Of a stretch of DNA of 64,000 bases, positions 24,955 through 37,790 are shown piece by piece. The DNA comes from Octopus bimaculoides (lineage: Eukaryota). Where the stretch lies: positions 17,388,390 through 17,452,389 of the forward strand of contig NC_069002.1 in assembly GCF_001194135.2 (NCBI RefSeq). Direction: 5' to 3'. Numbering within the stretch: the stretch's first letter is position 1; every line of letters begins with the position of its first letter. The notes under the pieces were generated by a model. It was not told the DNA's origin. It did not search any database and saw nothing but the letters and a program-made list of their open reading frames with translations. The translations under genes were made by a program, and so were the position numbers.

Positions 24955-27497
24955 CCCTTTCATCTGTCTCTGCCTCTCTTGTACATGGCACCATGTAACC
25001 CATGCAGTAATCTTTCAGTCTTTTACTAGTTTCAGTCATTAGACTATGGCCATGCAGGGGCACCACCTTGAAAAGTTTTTAGTCAGATGAATTGGCCCCA
25101 GTACTGTTTTCTTTCAGTGTCTTTTACTGAAACGTTAAGTTATGGGGACATAAACACACCAACACTGGTTGTCAAATACACACATAGATATATATCTGAT
25201 GGGCTTCTTTCAGTTTCCATCTACCAAATCCATTCACAAGACTTTGGTTGGCCTGAGGCTATCATAAAAGACACTTGCCCAAGGTTCCACACAGTGGGAC
25301 TGAACCCATAACCATGTGGTTGAGGAGCAAGCTTCTTACAATAGAAGACTTCACATTAGTTTATAAGCAATCCCCACCACCACCACCACCACCCTTCTTT
25401 ATTTCCCTCTCTTTGTCTTAGCCATCATGCTGCCTGAGTAAAAAGAGCTTGCATGGGATCTGTTGGTATCCGATACACCCCACTATGTACTCTTGGGTCA
25501 CACCTTGATTCAGGGATGTTGCTCCCCTACCTTTGCTATCTCAACTACCAATCACCCCTAGTTTCCCTTACCAGCAAACTTCTAGTCATCACCAGCCTCT
25601 CTTTCTTCTCAGTTCTCTTTTTATTGACATCAATCGAACACCCTTCCCTTCAGCCATTTCCTTGACAGTCTATACACACGCACGTGTGTGTATATTTGTG
25701 TGTAATTAATTGAAGAAATTAAGCTAGTCTTTAATTCTATAATTCTCTTTACTAAGAGTCTACTGTTTCATATCTTAGCACAACAGTCGACTGTCTCTGT
25801 TAGTCTTTTACTATGTACCATCATCATCATCATCACCATTGGTCTCTGGCTGTTTCAGTTAAGCTCTTTTATAGAATATCTATCGAGTTGACCTTGTGCT
25901 GTTGATTGACCCTGAAAAAGCAGATCAAAGACTTTCCAACCATGATCAAAGGCTTTTTAGCTAAGATTTTCTCTTTGTGCGCAGACACGCATTTGTGAAT
26001 TTATGTGTGTGTGTGCATACACGCACGCACGTGCATGTATATGAATGTATGTGTGCTTGTATGCATGTATGTGAGGGTTTTCTCCAGATTACCCTTCCCA
26101 GTTTGTTGTTTTCTTTGAAAATGATAAGATATGGTTAGGGGTAGATTTGGCTGCTATTTCTAGCAGATCGTGTAATCATGTTGAGCTCCTTTTGTTGACT
26201 TGACTTTATTGTTGTTGTTAAGCCTCTTTTTACTTTTCCACATCATGACTTTTGTGATATTTGTGAAAGGCGATGGTAAAGTCGACATTCCATCTTTATC
26301 TCCAGTATTAATAATACCCATCATCAGTAACAGCAGCATCATCCAATGTCTGCTTTCCATGCTGGGTTGGACGGCTTGACAGGAGCTGCCAAGTCCAGGG
26401 ATCACACCAAATTCCATAATCTGTTTTTTGGCTTGGTTTCTACGGCTCGATGCCCTTCTTAATGCCAACCACTTTATAAAGTGTACTGGGTGCTTTTTAC
26501 ATGGCACCATCACAATGATATCAATGATTTAACGATGCTGTTATTGTGGTATATACAATGGTTTGTGGCCTAGTTGTTAGGGTGTTTGACTCATAAAGTC
26601 ATAATATCATAAGATCAATTCCTGGACCAGGCTGTGGGCTGTGTCCTTGAGCAAGGCACTTCATTCCATGTTACTTCATCCTACTCAGCTGTAAATGAGT
26701 ACCAGTCAAGTACAGATACAAACCCCTCTCCCTGTCCAACTGCCACATCATTAATGTTCTTCTGGGTCACTGGTGGGAGTGCCAAGAGGATAAGGGTATC
26801 TCTGTTCACAACTATATATGTAGATACCTAAAGCAATTAGCAAAGGCCTGGTACAAAGTACCAAAGACAGATTCTTGTATTAGTGATTCTGAACATTTTT
26901 TTGTTGTTGCTGTTGTTATGTACTGTTCATCATATTCCTCTGTGGTTATTGTTGTGATGTATGTCTTGTGTAATGCTTTATATAATGTTTACAATGCTGC
27001 TACTGCTGTTGTGACAATTCATCTAATGATGTAATATCTGTTGTTTTTTCGTTCTGCTGTTATTGTTGCCATTGTGAAGTCCTTCTCTTGTGTAACGGTG
27101 CTGCTATTGTGATGTCTGCTGGAGACTCTGATATTGTTGTAACATATCTCTCAAAGATATTACCATTGTTCTTTTCGTCACTAATTAGTAACACTGTACA
27201 ATTTGTCAACCTCGTTCTGTTATTACATCTCTTTCCAGAATTCATTATTTCTCTTTCTATGTCAGATGTAATAACGTACTCTGGCCTGTTATCTTTTTCT
27301 CTCCTGGTCATTCTTTTGTCTTTATCTCATCTCATCTACTCATTCCCATGACTAGGAGAAAGTTTCTCTCATACTGCTCTTGGTGATTCCAATCTCCCTC
27401 GCTCTCACACACACACACACACCTCTTATGCTTATTCTGATTTTTCTCCTTTTTATCTTTATTGGTTATTCTGATGTCTTTCATGTCTTCCCTGGTG

Positions 27498-27532
<35 letters not shown>

Positions 27533-28260
27533 CACACACACACACACACACACACGTTGCAATCAGTCCTTCTGATCTCTTTCTCTCATTTCCCTCGTGG
27601 TCCTTCTGATATCTTCTCATTTACGTCTCTCTCTGGTTTATTTTGATGTCCTTCTCTTATTTCTATCCTCATCATTTCTGATCTGTCTCCCTCTCACTTG
27701 TTCTATTTACTGTAGTTGCAATCGCTTTCTCCCTCCCCCCCTCTCTCTCAAATTATAAACACTTACTTTTCATAACAAATCCAATCAAGAGGTTCAGTTT
27801 CAATCCTGAGCTAGAACTACTTCAATTACATTGTTAAACATTGTAAGAGATTATATGAAAGCTTTGACGTCTCATTGCCTGTGTTGTTATTTCCACCTTA
27901 TAGGAGAAATACTGTAATGGTTTAGCTGATATATCATTATGTAATGCTCTCCCCCTTCTCCTGCCATATTGTTACGACATCTCATACACCCGTCTCCTCA
28001 TTGCGGTAGCATCATCTCCTCCTCCTCATTCAATCTTCATCTTATTGTGATACAGTTTTATCTCTTTCATACCTTCATTTTACTATTTTACAAGCATCCA
28101 TGCGTGCATGCATATTTATACATGTTTGTGTGTGTATATATCTTTTATCTTTTACTTGTTCTAGACATTACGCCGTGGCCATGCTGGGGCCACCACCTCA
28201 AAGTAAATTAGTCGAACTTATTGACCCCAGCACTTATTTTCTTTTTAAGACTAGTATTTA

Positions 28261-28830
28261 CAAGGTTGTATCAAAAAGTTTCCCGACTAGTTCTGTAGCG
28301 TGCCAACAGATGGCAGCACACAGTTGTGAGCGCAGTGAGAGCTAGCAATAACCTTCATGAGGCAGTTTACTCTTTCAGGTAAAGAGTAAAATGGGGATTT
28401 TTACATTATTATGTCTTTTCCCAGTGGTACTAGTGTTTATGTACCTTTACCTCAATGAAAGTGAATTGGAATAACTGTGAGACAGGACAGAAACTGAAAC
28501 AAGAAAGGTATAATAACAAGTTGTAAAATTTGTGGTTTTATGATCATGTGTATGCTGTAGTCTGCAATTTTGTCAAGGACAGGAACAAAGAACCAACATG
28601 AAATTTTGCATTAAACTTGGGAAGTCTGCTACAAAGACATTGAGCATGCTTCGGCAACGCAATGGGTCGTATGCAATGTTTCGAGTGGTACAGGTGCTTC
28701 AAAAGCAGAAGAATTTCCCTGGAAGACAAACAATCTTGATGACCTGCCATGAGCATCATCCCCAGAAATGTGGTGTTGTGCATTGAGAATTCATCCCCCA
28801 GGGCCAGACCATCAATCAAGAATTCTACTT
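28261..28830 (+). mobile_element. Mariner transposon 5' fragment (TIR plus HTH), interrupted
   Basis: TA|CAAGGTTGTATCAAAAAGTTTCC TIR; MKFCIKLGKSATKTLSMLRQ is the mariner N-terminal HTH. Confidence 0.8.
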
Positions 28831-28906
28831 AAAACAAAATAAAAAAAACAATTGTAGCTATTGCATCTCTCTCACTTGATGCTAACACCTGTCTCTGTTT
28901 AATTTT

Positions 28907-29068
28907 TAGCATACCCCTCTCTATTCATTTGTTAGTATACACCTCTCTATTCAGTTGTTAGTATAGCCCTTCTCTATTCAGTTGTTAGTATACCCCTCTT
29001 TGTTCAATTGTTAGTATACACCTCTCTATTCAGTTATTAGTATACCCCTTTCTATAACTTCAGTTGTT
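28907..29068. repeat. ~26-bp minisatellite, about 6 units
   Basis: Consensus TAGTATACACCTCTCTATTCAGTTGT. Confidence 0.85.
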
Positions 29069-29599
29069 AATATTCCCCAATCTTTCTTTTGTTTTGTCTT
29101 TCACTCGCATTTTTCTAGCATTTACTTTTATACACATACCTGTACATGCACACTTATGTACACACACACACACACACACACACTCTATGTTGTTATACCT
29201 TTCTTGTTCCAGTTTATGTCCTATGTCACAGTTACTCCAATTCACTTTCATTGAGGTAACAAGTAGGGTAAAGGCCCTCTTCGGTCATGAATGACCATGG
29301 GATTGCACCTAGAAATTTCCCCTCGCAGGCACAAGTCTCCCATGCATACCAGTGACATTACAACTCATTTCTACAGCTGAGTGAACAAGAGCAACGTAAA
29401 ATAAAGTGTCTTGCTCAAGGACACAACACACAGCCTGGCCCAGGAATCGAACTCACAACCTCATGATTGCGAGCCCAACTCTCAAACCACTGAGCCATGC
29501 ACCTTCATTGAGGTAAAGATACATAAGCGCTTGTACCATTGGGAAAAGACATAAAAATGTAAAAATCCCTGTTTTACTCTTTACCTGAAAAATCTTAGG

Positions 29600-31190
29600 T
29601 GTCTTGCCAACCTGAAGAAGGCAAAAGGAAATTCTTAGAATGGACTTTTGCCCGAGGCACTGTATATGATGTCCAGTGTCACAGGAAATTTCATCTAGAA
29701 ACAGATCAACACTTATGGGTACATGTACACATGTTTATTTCTGTGCACTTATACATGCATACAATCTTGTGCTCATCCATGCAGATACATGCATATATGC
29801 AGGTTTTTGCCTTTGATGGGTTCATTTTTGTTGCATATACATACACATGCATTCACTCCTCCACACTCATGTACATACCCTATCACCTTTTGTATCCAAC
29901 ATCGAGAATGGTTGCTTTTGCAATCATCTGGGCATCGTGAAGAAACCGACCCTGGCATCATATTGGAATCGGGGTCCAGCCACGTCAACACCTTTCTTTC
30001 TGGAAATGATTCCACGTGATTGATTTTTGGCGCTTCTTCGAAATCTACATTTCAACTAAGGCAAGAACCAGGATGACAGGCTGCACAAAATGAAGTGGCT
30101 GAAAATTTCAGAACGGTGTATGTCCCCACACAGGACATTTGTACAGATGAGAGTTTGTGGAAATTCAAGGGAAGGTTCTGATTCAAACAATACAACCTGA
30201 CCAAATGTACCCACTTTGGAGTCAAGGTTTCTAAAGTATGCCAGTCAACTGGCAGAGCCTGTGAGTGCACATAGGATTACAAAATCTACAATGGTCAGAA
30301 CAGATTGGATCTTTCAGTGTCAACTCTAGTGTCAACTGAATGAAAACTTGTTTGATAAAGGCTACAATTCCTACATATATAAAGCGCCTGGAAGGATCTT
30401 TCAAAAGCTCTTATGAAAGAGCTACAATATTTACATGAACAACTGGTTTTCCAGTCCAAACCTCTTCTACAGCTGCAGGTGAGGAGGACTAATGCCTGTG
30501 GGACTGTGAGGATGCACAGGAAAAACATGCTGCCTGATTTTCACAAGATAAAACTTCAAAAGGGGGAAACAGTGATGCACCAATAGTAGCATTCTCACCC
30601 AAGTGTGGTGTGATGAGAAAAACGTCTGCATGTTATCCACAATGCATTCTGCAAGCATGAAGGACACTAGGAAACAAGATGCTGACGGTAATGCCATAAT
30701 GAAACCAAGTGTAGTTGTTTCATACAGTGACGGGATGGGCGGGGTCGATCGCTCAGATCAGCTGGCGATGACACATAAATCGCTGAGAAAATTTGTGAAA
30801 TGGTACAAAAATTTTTTTTGTATATAGTTGACATGTGTGCCGTGAACTCACATTTGATTTGGCAGATGCTTGGTGTTGTGGGGGATGGATTGACATTCAG
30901 AAATCGATTGTTCTGTGAAATGATAGAAGCATTAGACCTGCCAAAGTACAGAACACGTGGATGTCCCCATGCTGGACACTCTCCTCACCACATGATGAAG
31001 GGACGTGGACATTTTCCACAACTGTTTCCCCCACCACCAAGACAGATGCTTCAAAGAGATGCACAGTATATAAAGCAAAAGGGAAATGTAAGGAAACTAG
31101 ATACCATTGTTCACAATGTGATTTGCCACTGTGTGTGTGGTACCCTGTTTTGAACTCTACCACACTAAAGTCAATTTTTGAATTCACGTG
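29600..31190 (+). mobile_element. Decayed piggyBac (PGBD4-like) transposase, nearly full length
   Basis: Fragments KKPTLASYW..STPFF..PRD, DESLWKFKGR (GAT at 30146), MNNWFSSP (D to N), KPSVVVSYSDGMGGVDRSDQ...RKFVKWYK, and a C-terminal Cys-rich region ETRYHCSQCDLPLC. Many frameshifts and stops. Confidence 0.92.
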
Positions 31191-31621
31191 ATTGTAAATA
31201 CATGAAGTTGATCTGACTTGTGCTGTTAGGGTTATCTTATTCAGGAATGATACCTCATGAGTGTCCTGTACAAGGATATAGTTTAGGTAAATAAACAGTA
31301 CTTGCACTAAAGCAGTTGATGTAAATCTACGCTGAACATTATCTCGCACTGAATACTGACCTCAATTGGTGCAATTACCATTGTCGTGCACAGGCAACCA
31401 AATGAATCATTGCCGTAAACTGGTTAAAGTGGTTGATGTAAATATACGCCGAACCATTGTTGTGCGCTAATTGCTGATCTCAGCTGAGATGATTACCGCC
31501 AATGCAACCTAGTTGCTTGATAAAAAAAAAAAATCATTGTTATGGAGTTGTCTGTCTCCCTTCCATGCTCAATAGTAAATAGCTCTCCATGCTGCTTTAT
31601 GTCTCTCATATTCCTTTAATG

Positions 31622-31976
31622 CAGGGCTTCTCAACCATTTTTCTTCATCTATGGACCCCTTTGATTATTATTTTTTTCTGATGGTCCCCCATAGCCACTT
31701 GATATTTAAAAACTAGTTTTATTAGAAACTTCTTTCAAAATTCTTATTTTGTTTCTCACACATTAACTTGTGTAGGTTTAACTATGAAAAATATTAGAAA
31801 AAGAAACCTGGTTGTCTCTTGCAATACATACCAATGTTTACATCTAAAGCAAATTTTTTTTCAGGGACCCTTCAAATGCTTCTGTGGATCCCCAATTTAC
31901 TATTTTGTTGCATGGAACCCCCAAAAGTTTTATATGGCCCCTGAGGGTCCATATGGACCTCAGTTGAGAATCACTG
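31622..31976. mobile_element. hAT-type MITE with perfect 8-bp TSD
   Basis: TIRs CAGGGCTTCTCAAC / GTTGAGAATCACTG; TSD CTTTAATG at 31614-31621 and 31977-31984. Confidence 0.9.
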
Positions 31977-32068
31977 CTTTAATGGCTTCAGTCATTGGTC
32001 ATGATGGAACACTGTTTCAGGGTCAATGGTCAACTAAATTGATACCAGTAGCTTTTTTTTTATTGATT

Positions 32069-32478
32069 GCAGGAGTGGCCGTGTGGTAAGAAGCTTGCTT
32101 CCCAACCACATGGTTCCATGTTCAGTCCAATTGTATGGAATTTTGAGCAAGTGTCTTGTACTATAGCCTTGGGCCAACCAAATCCTTCTAAGTGGATTTG
32201 GTAGATGGAAACTGAAAGAAGCATGTTGTGTATGTTTATGTGTGTGTGTGTGTGTGTGTGTGTGTATCTTTCTGTTTGTGTTTGTCCCCTCATCACCACT
32301 TGACAACCAGTGCTGGTATGTTTACGTCCCCATAACTTAGTGGTTCAGCAAAGAGAAACTGATAGAATAAGTACTAGGCTTTAAAAATATAAGTTCTGGG
32401 GTCGATTTGTTCGAATAAATCCCTTCAAGGCAGTGCTCCAGCATGACCACAGTCAAATAACTGAAACAAGTAAAAAGA
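32069..32478 (+). mobile_element. SINE family A copy
   Basis: gcaggagtggccgtgtggtaagaagc head to ctgaaacaagtaaaaag tail. Confidence 0.87.
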
Positions 32479-33767
32479 AAAATGAATAAATATATTATAT
32501 TAATCTCAAGAAGGGAAGATTATCTGAGCAGGATTTGAACAAAGAACTCATTTTATTTTATATTTGTTTGTTTTACATCTATGTTTCCCTGTTAGTATGG
32601 GTTAGACAAATATTCATTGGGGTATTGACTGTAAAGTCAGATGTGTCGAGCCTTACCTGTTTTTCAAGTAAGAAATCTTTCATTTCATGCCTTTGAATGC
32701 ACAAAACCAGTAGACAATTTGTTAACAGGACAAATGACAATGTCACCATTTGTTACTCCTGTTATCAAAGGATATTTAAACAAACACACACATGCACACT
32801 CACACACATATCCTCATATGGCCTCCTCCTAGCTTTCATCTACCAAATTTCACAAGGCTTTTGTCAACCTGGTGCTATAGTAGAAGACATTTGCCAAAGG
32901 TGCCGCGCAGTGGATCTGAAATGATGTGATTGGGAAGCAAGCTTCTTGACCACACAGCAATGCCTACACGCACACTACTACTACTACTACTACTACAACT
33001 ACCATGACTGATAGGATGCTCAGCTAATCCTAGCAACAAGCAAATCTTTCTAATATCTGCTAATGTAACAAAGTAACTTAAGGCTGTCCCTCTCTCACAT
33101 TTCCCTCCCTCGTATCTTCTTTTCCCAATTGCGTTCTCATTCATTTGAACACTCACTCACACAGTTTTGTTTATAAATTATACTAACTAAAGTGTCTGCG
33201 TGTGTGTTTTGTATATTGACAAAAGATATAAACACTAGCAAGAAAAACCAATAAACTAATGCATTCAAATAAAGTCTTTTATGATATTTGTTCTGCTTGA
33301 GTTGTGGAGACACTCCTCTTTTACCATCATCATCAGAAATACAATAGACCAATGATTAGCTCATTGGAATTCTATAACCAATAATATCTGTGTTCACCAA
33401 ATGGCAATATAAAATTTTGAAAGAATTTTAAATATGATGACTTCTGACACAAGCACAAGACCACAAATTTTAGGGACTGGTTGACCCTTTAGCATTCAGA
33501 TTTCTTTGTCAAACACATTGCTTATCTATTCACATTGTTTTGAATTAATTACACATTATCTTGTAGCTTCAAGATTTCAATGGTGTGTTTGTATATTTTC
33601 AGAATGACAATATAGGGTAGGTGTGAGTGGTTGGATCTGGTCAGTTTTAACCTAAAAAAGGTAGAATATTTGTGCCAGATATGGCTGGATTAATTGCTAA
33701 AAGACTGAATCAACTAATTAACTCTTTTGATACCAATCCACCTGAAACTGCCCCTGGTTCTATTATA

Positions 33768-33945
33768 CGAGGTGATATCAATAACTTATCAGACTAGTTA
33801 AGTTTAACAACAAATAAATTATTTACCTAAATGTTAACATCATCTCCTTCAAAATAGTCATCTTGCACAGCAATACTCCAGTCCGTGTTCCTGCCACTTT
33901 TTGGAATCTGGCCTGGAAGTTGTTTTCCATAAGTGAGTCAAGAAA
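33768..33945 (-). mobile_element. Mariner 3' terminal fragment
   Basis: Reverse strand reads FQK.W...DYFEGDD followed by a TIR ending at TA 33766-33767. Confidence 0.7.
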
Positions 33946-34193
33946 CCACATTATTTATGGGATGATCCAATATATGGGATGGGTTAGAGTCTCTTTTGTC
34001 TTGACAGAATGTAATAGTTGTAAATGAGTGTCACTATGTACTTCTTTTTCAATCTTTGAAAATGCTTGGCCATGGGGAAATATTACTTTACATGGAAACA
34101 GGAAGAGTATCCAGTCATAGAAAACTATGTAAACTCCATCCAGCCCATTCAGTTAAAGAAAAGAGGACATTAAAATGATGATGAAACGGTTGA

Positions 34194-34269
<76 letters not shown>

Positions 34270-34724
34270 TCTGCATGTTCTAACTGCACTGATATTGAAT
34301 GGGACCCAACTAGGTTGACAATCTGATTTGTCATCTGTGTAACCTATATATTCACTCTAGGAGTTATAACCTCTGAATTATTCTGGAACAGAGCGTTAGA
34401 AACATAATATTATTCTCCACTCCCTCTGTGTCCCCCACCCACTGGGATTTGGAAATATTTCATATACATTTTGATGTATCGACGTAATTTTCCTTGCACA
34501 ATAATGAGCGAGAACATGTATAATGAATAATTTGTATTGTGTAACTGTGTAATTTGTGTGTATGAGAGAAAAATCACATGACTGTGTGTGGTGATATATA
34601 TATGGATGTAAAATATGTGATTATGTGTGTAGGGCTCTGTGACTAACAATAGAAGTAAGCTATGTAATATTTCTAATAGTGTGTGACTCTACATGCTATA
34701 GTATTTTTGATAAAGTATGACTCT

Positions 34725-35280
34725 CTTACTCTTTACTCTCTTTTACTTGTTTCAGTCTTTTGACTGTGGCCATGCTGGAGCACCGCCTTTAGTCGAGCAA
34801 ATCGACCCCAGGACTTATTCTTTGGAAGCTTAGTACTTATTCTATCGGTCTCTTTTGCCGAACTGCTAAGTTACGGGGACATAAACACACCAGCATCGGT
34901 TGTCAAGCAATGTTGGGGGGACAAACAAACACATACACATATATATACATATATACGACAGGCTTCTTTCAGTTTCCGTCTACCAAATCCACTCACAAGG
35001 CTNNNNNNNNNNGGTCTCTTTTGCCGAACTGCTAAGTTACGGGGACATAAACACACCAGCATCGGTTGTCAAGCAATGTTGGGGGGACAAACAAACACAT
35101 ACACATATATATACATATATACGACAGGCTTCTTTCAGTTTCCGTCTACCAAATCCACTCACAAGGCTTTGGTCGGCCCAAGGCTATAGTAGAAGACACT
35201 TGCCCAAGATGCCACGCAGTGGGACTGAACCCGGGACCATGTGGTTGATAAGCAAGCTACTTACCACACAGCCACTCCTA
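34725..35280 (-). mobile_element. SINE family A, young copy containing an assembly overlap at the 10-N gap
   Basis: CpG-intact copy close to the one at 10167. Confidence 0.85.
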
Positions 35281-35758
35281 TGCATATAGTAAACTATGTA
35301 TGCATATCCAGTCTGCTGTGGTAGTCAAAGAGGATTGTTGTGGTGGTTTAACCTCACACCAGCCATCATAAAGCAAACCTGTGTATGGTTAAAGACATTC
35401 TAGCTTTGACTATGCTGTCTTTTCCCTTACACACATCTCACCACATTACTGAATATGCCCTTCTTTTAAGAGACTGCAGGGTTGGGTTCTAACCCTGCAG
35501 TCTCATATTTTCTCAGTGAGGTTTTTAAAAAGTGTATCTTTTATCTTTTACTTGTTTCGGTCATTAAGACTCTGGCCATGCTGGGGAACTGCCTTGAAGG
35601 GTTTTAGTCAAACAATTCAACTCCAGGACTTATTTTTTAAAGCCTAGTACTTATTCTATCAGTTGCATTTGCCAAACTGCTAATTCAGCTGCCATTTCCG
35701 GCTGGTTTCATGACCCAGTACATATACCTACATTGGTTTGTTAATATGTAGATAGGTT

Positions 35759-35973
35759 AAAGCGGCGAGCTGGCAGAGACGTTAGCACACCAGGCGAAAC
35801 GCTTATCAGTATTTCAACTGTCTTTACATTCTGAGTTCAAATTCTGCCGAGGTCGACTTGCCTTTCATCCTTTCGGGGGTCAATAGATTAAGTACCAGTC
35901 ACATACTGGAGTCGATCTAACTAACTGGCTCCCTCCCCGAAAAATTTCAGGCCTTGTTCCTTGTGTAGAAAAG
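35759..35973 (+). mobile_element. SINE family B solo copy with 16-bp TSD
   Basis: TSD AATATGTAGATAGGTT at 35743-35758 and 35974-35989. Confidence 0.9.
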
Positions 35974-36414
35974 AATATGTAGATAGGTTTTGAAAGGCTG
36001 TTTCAACACAACACAAATATGTATACATAACCAACAGTGTATGACTTGAGTAATTAATGGTTGTTTTGTCCTATTACGACTGTGGGAACTTCATTATTAA
36101 TGTAGAAATAAATATTTCTTTCATTTAGTATAATAAACACTGTAACACTAATTAACGATCTGCCTAACCTTTGTTGCCATAGCCCTTTCTCTGAACAATG
36201 TAACTGATACATGTGTGTATCTTATGCTTTATAAATAATATGTATGTATGTATGAATGTATGTACGTCTGTGCCTATCACTCAGCACAGATGTTGTGTAT
36301 TTATAAAATAATACAAGTTAACTTACTGTTTGAGTTGTCATTTGTTTTGTAGTCAAGATTTTCTTGTTTCCAAGTGGAATAAAAAATCATTTTATTTTTT
36401 AAAACTTGCTTCTC

Positions 36415-36450
<36 letters not shown>

Positions 36451-37340
36451 ATGCATGCATGCATGCATATTAACAGCTGACTGTCTACATCAGAAAAGAT
36501 CACATAGTGAAGTTTGAGTTTGGATATATTATTTAATTCATTTTGCCATAAGAAAAATAGGAATTTGGTCCCTCTTCCTTTCATAGTATACAAACTTCAA
36601 AACAACACACACATGCTCACACAGAGTTCATATTTTCTCAGTAAGACTTTTAAAAAGTGTGGGTATCTTTTATCTTTTACTTGTTTGTCATTTGACTCTG
36701 GCCATGCTAAGGCACTAACTTGAAGGATTTTAGACGAACGATTCAATGCCAGGACTTATTTTTTAAAGCCTAGTACTTAATCTATCAGTCATATATATGA
36801 TGGGCTTCTTTCAGTTTCCATCTACCAGATTCACTCACACGGCTTTGGTTGACCTGAGGCTATAGAAAAGACACTTGTCCAAGGTGCCATGCAGTGAGAC
36901 TGAACCTGGAAATATATGATTGAGAAGTAAGCTTCTTACCACACAGCCATGCCTACATGTATATCTCTGTTAAATTTACTTCCTTGTAGCAGAGATACCC
37001 GTTGTTGCTCGGGATTAAAATGGTATAGTTTTTTATTGTTTTACTTGTTTAAGTAATGTGACTGCGGCCATGCTGGAGCACCGCCTTTAGTCGAAGAAAT
37101 TGACTCTGGGATTTATTCTTTGTAAGCCTAGTACTTATTCTATCGGTGTGTTTTGCCAAACAACTAAGTTATGGGGGATGTAAACACAGCAACATCAGTT
37201 GTCAAGCAATGGTGGCATACAAACACACACACACACAAATATACACATATATATGACAGTTTTCTTTCAGTTACCATGTACAAAATCCATTCACAAGCTA
37301 CATTGGCCCAGGGAGGATTACAATCCCAGAACCTAAATCA

Positions 37341-37790
37341 GTGTGGGTCCTAGGTATCAACATGAGTGATGATACCTCTTTCCAAGTGCACATTACCAAG
37401 ATGGTGACAGAGTGCAGACAGCTGGCTGGATGGATCATGAGAACCTTCAAAACCAGAGAGAAAGAAACCATGATAGTCCTCTGGAAGACATTCGTCCTCA
37501 GCTGCCTGGACTACTGCTCCCAGCTATGGTCACCCCACAGTATAAAATTAACAGTGGACCTTGAAGCAATCCAGCGAAGCTTCACAAAGAAGGTTGTCTC
37601 ATTGCAACAGCTCAGCTACTGGGAAAAGCTGAAAGAGCTAAAATTATACTCTCTGAAGCAAAGGCGGGAGAAATATGCAGTAATATATATCTGGAAGATC
37701 TTGGAAGGGATTGTGCCAAATTTTGGCATTGAAAGCTACACAAATGCCAGGACAGGTCGACACTGCATCGTGCCAAAGATCCCAGCAATG
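37341..37790 (+). mobile_element. CR1/L2-group LINE, post-RT C-terminal fragment
   Basis: LGINMSDD...FKTRE...LDYCSQLWSPH...LEAIQRSFTKK...LSYWEKLKELKLYSLKQRREKY..IYIWKILEG; about 150 aa without a stop. Confidence 0.88.

Noticed and set aside
28261-33945. Two mariner TIRs possibly delimiting one 5.7-kb composite element around the piggyBac fossil
   Set aside because: Both TIRs read in the same direction on the + strand (5' end of a + element and 3' end of a - element), so they are not a facing pair.
34843-35170. Identical ~160-bp duplication inside a SINE across a 10-N gap
   Set aside because: Identical sequence flanking a placeholder gap indicates contig overlap, not a biological repeat.
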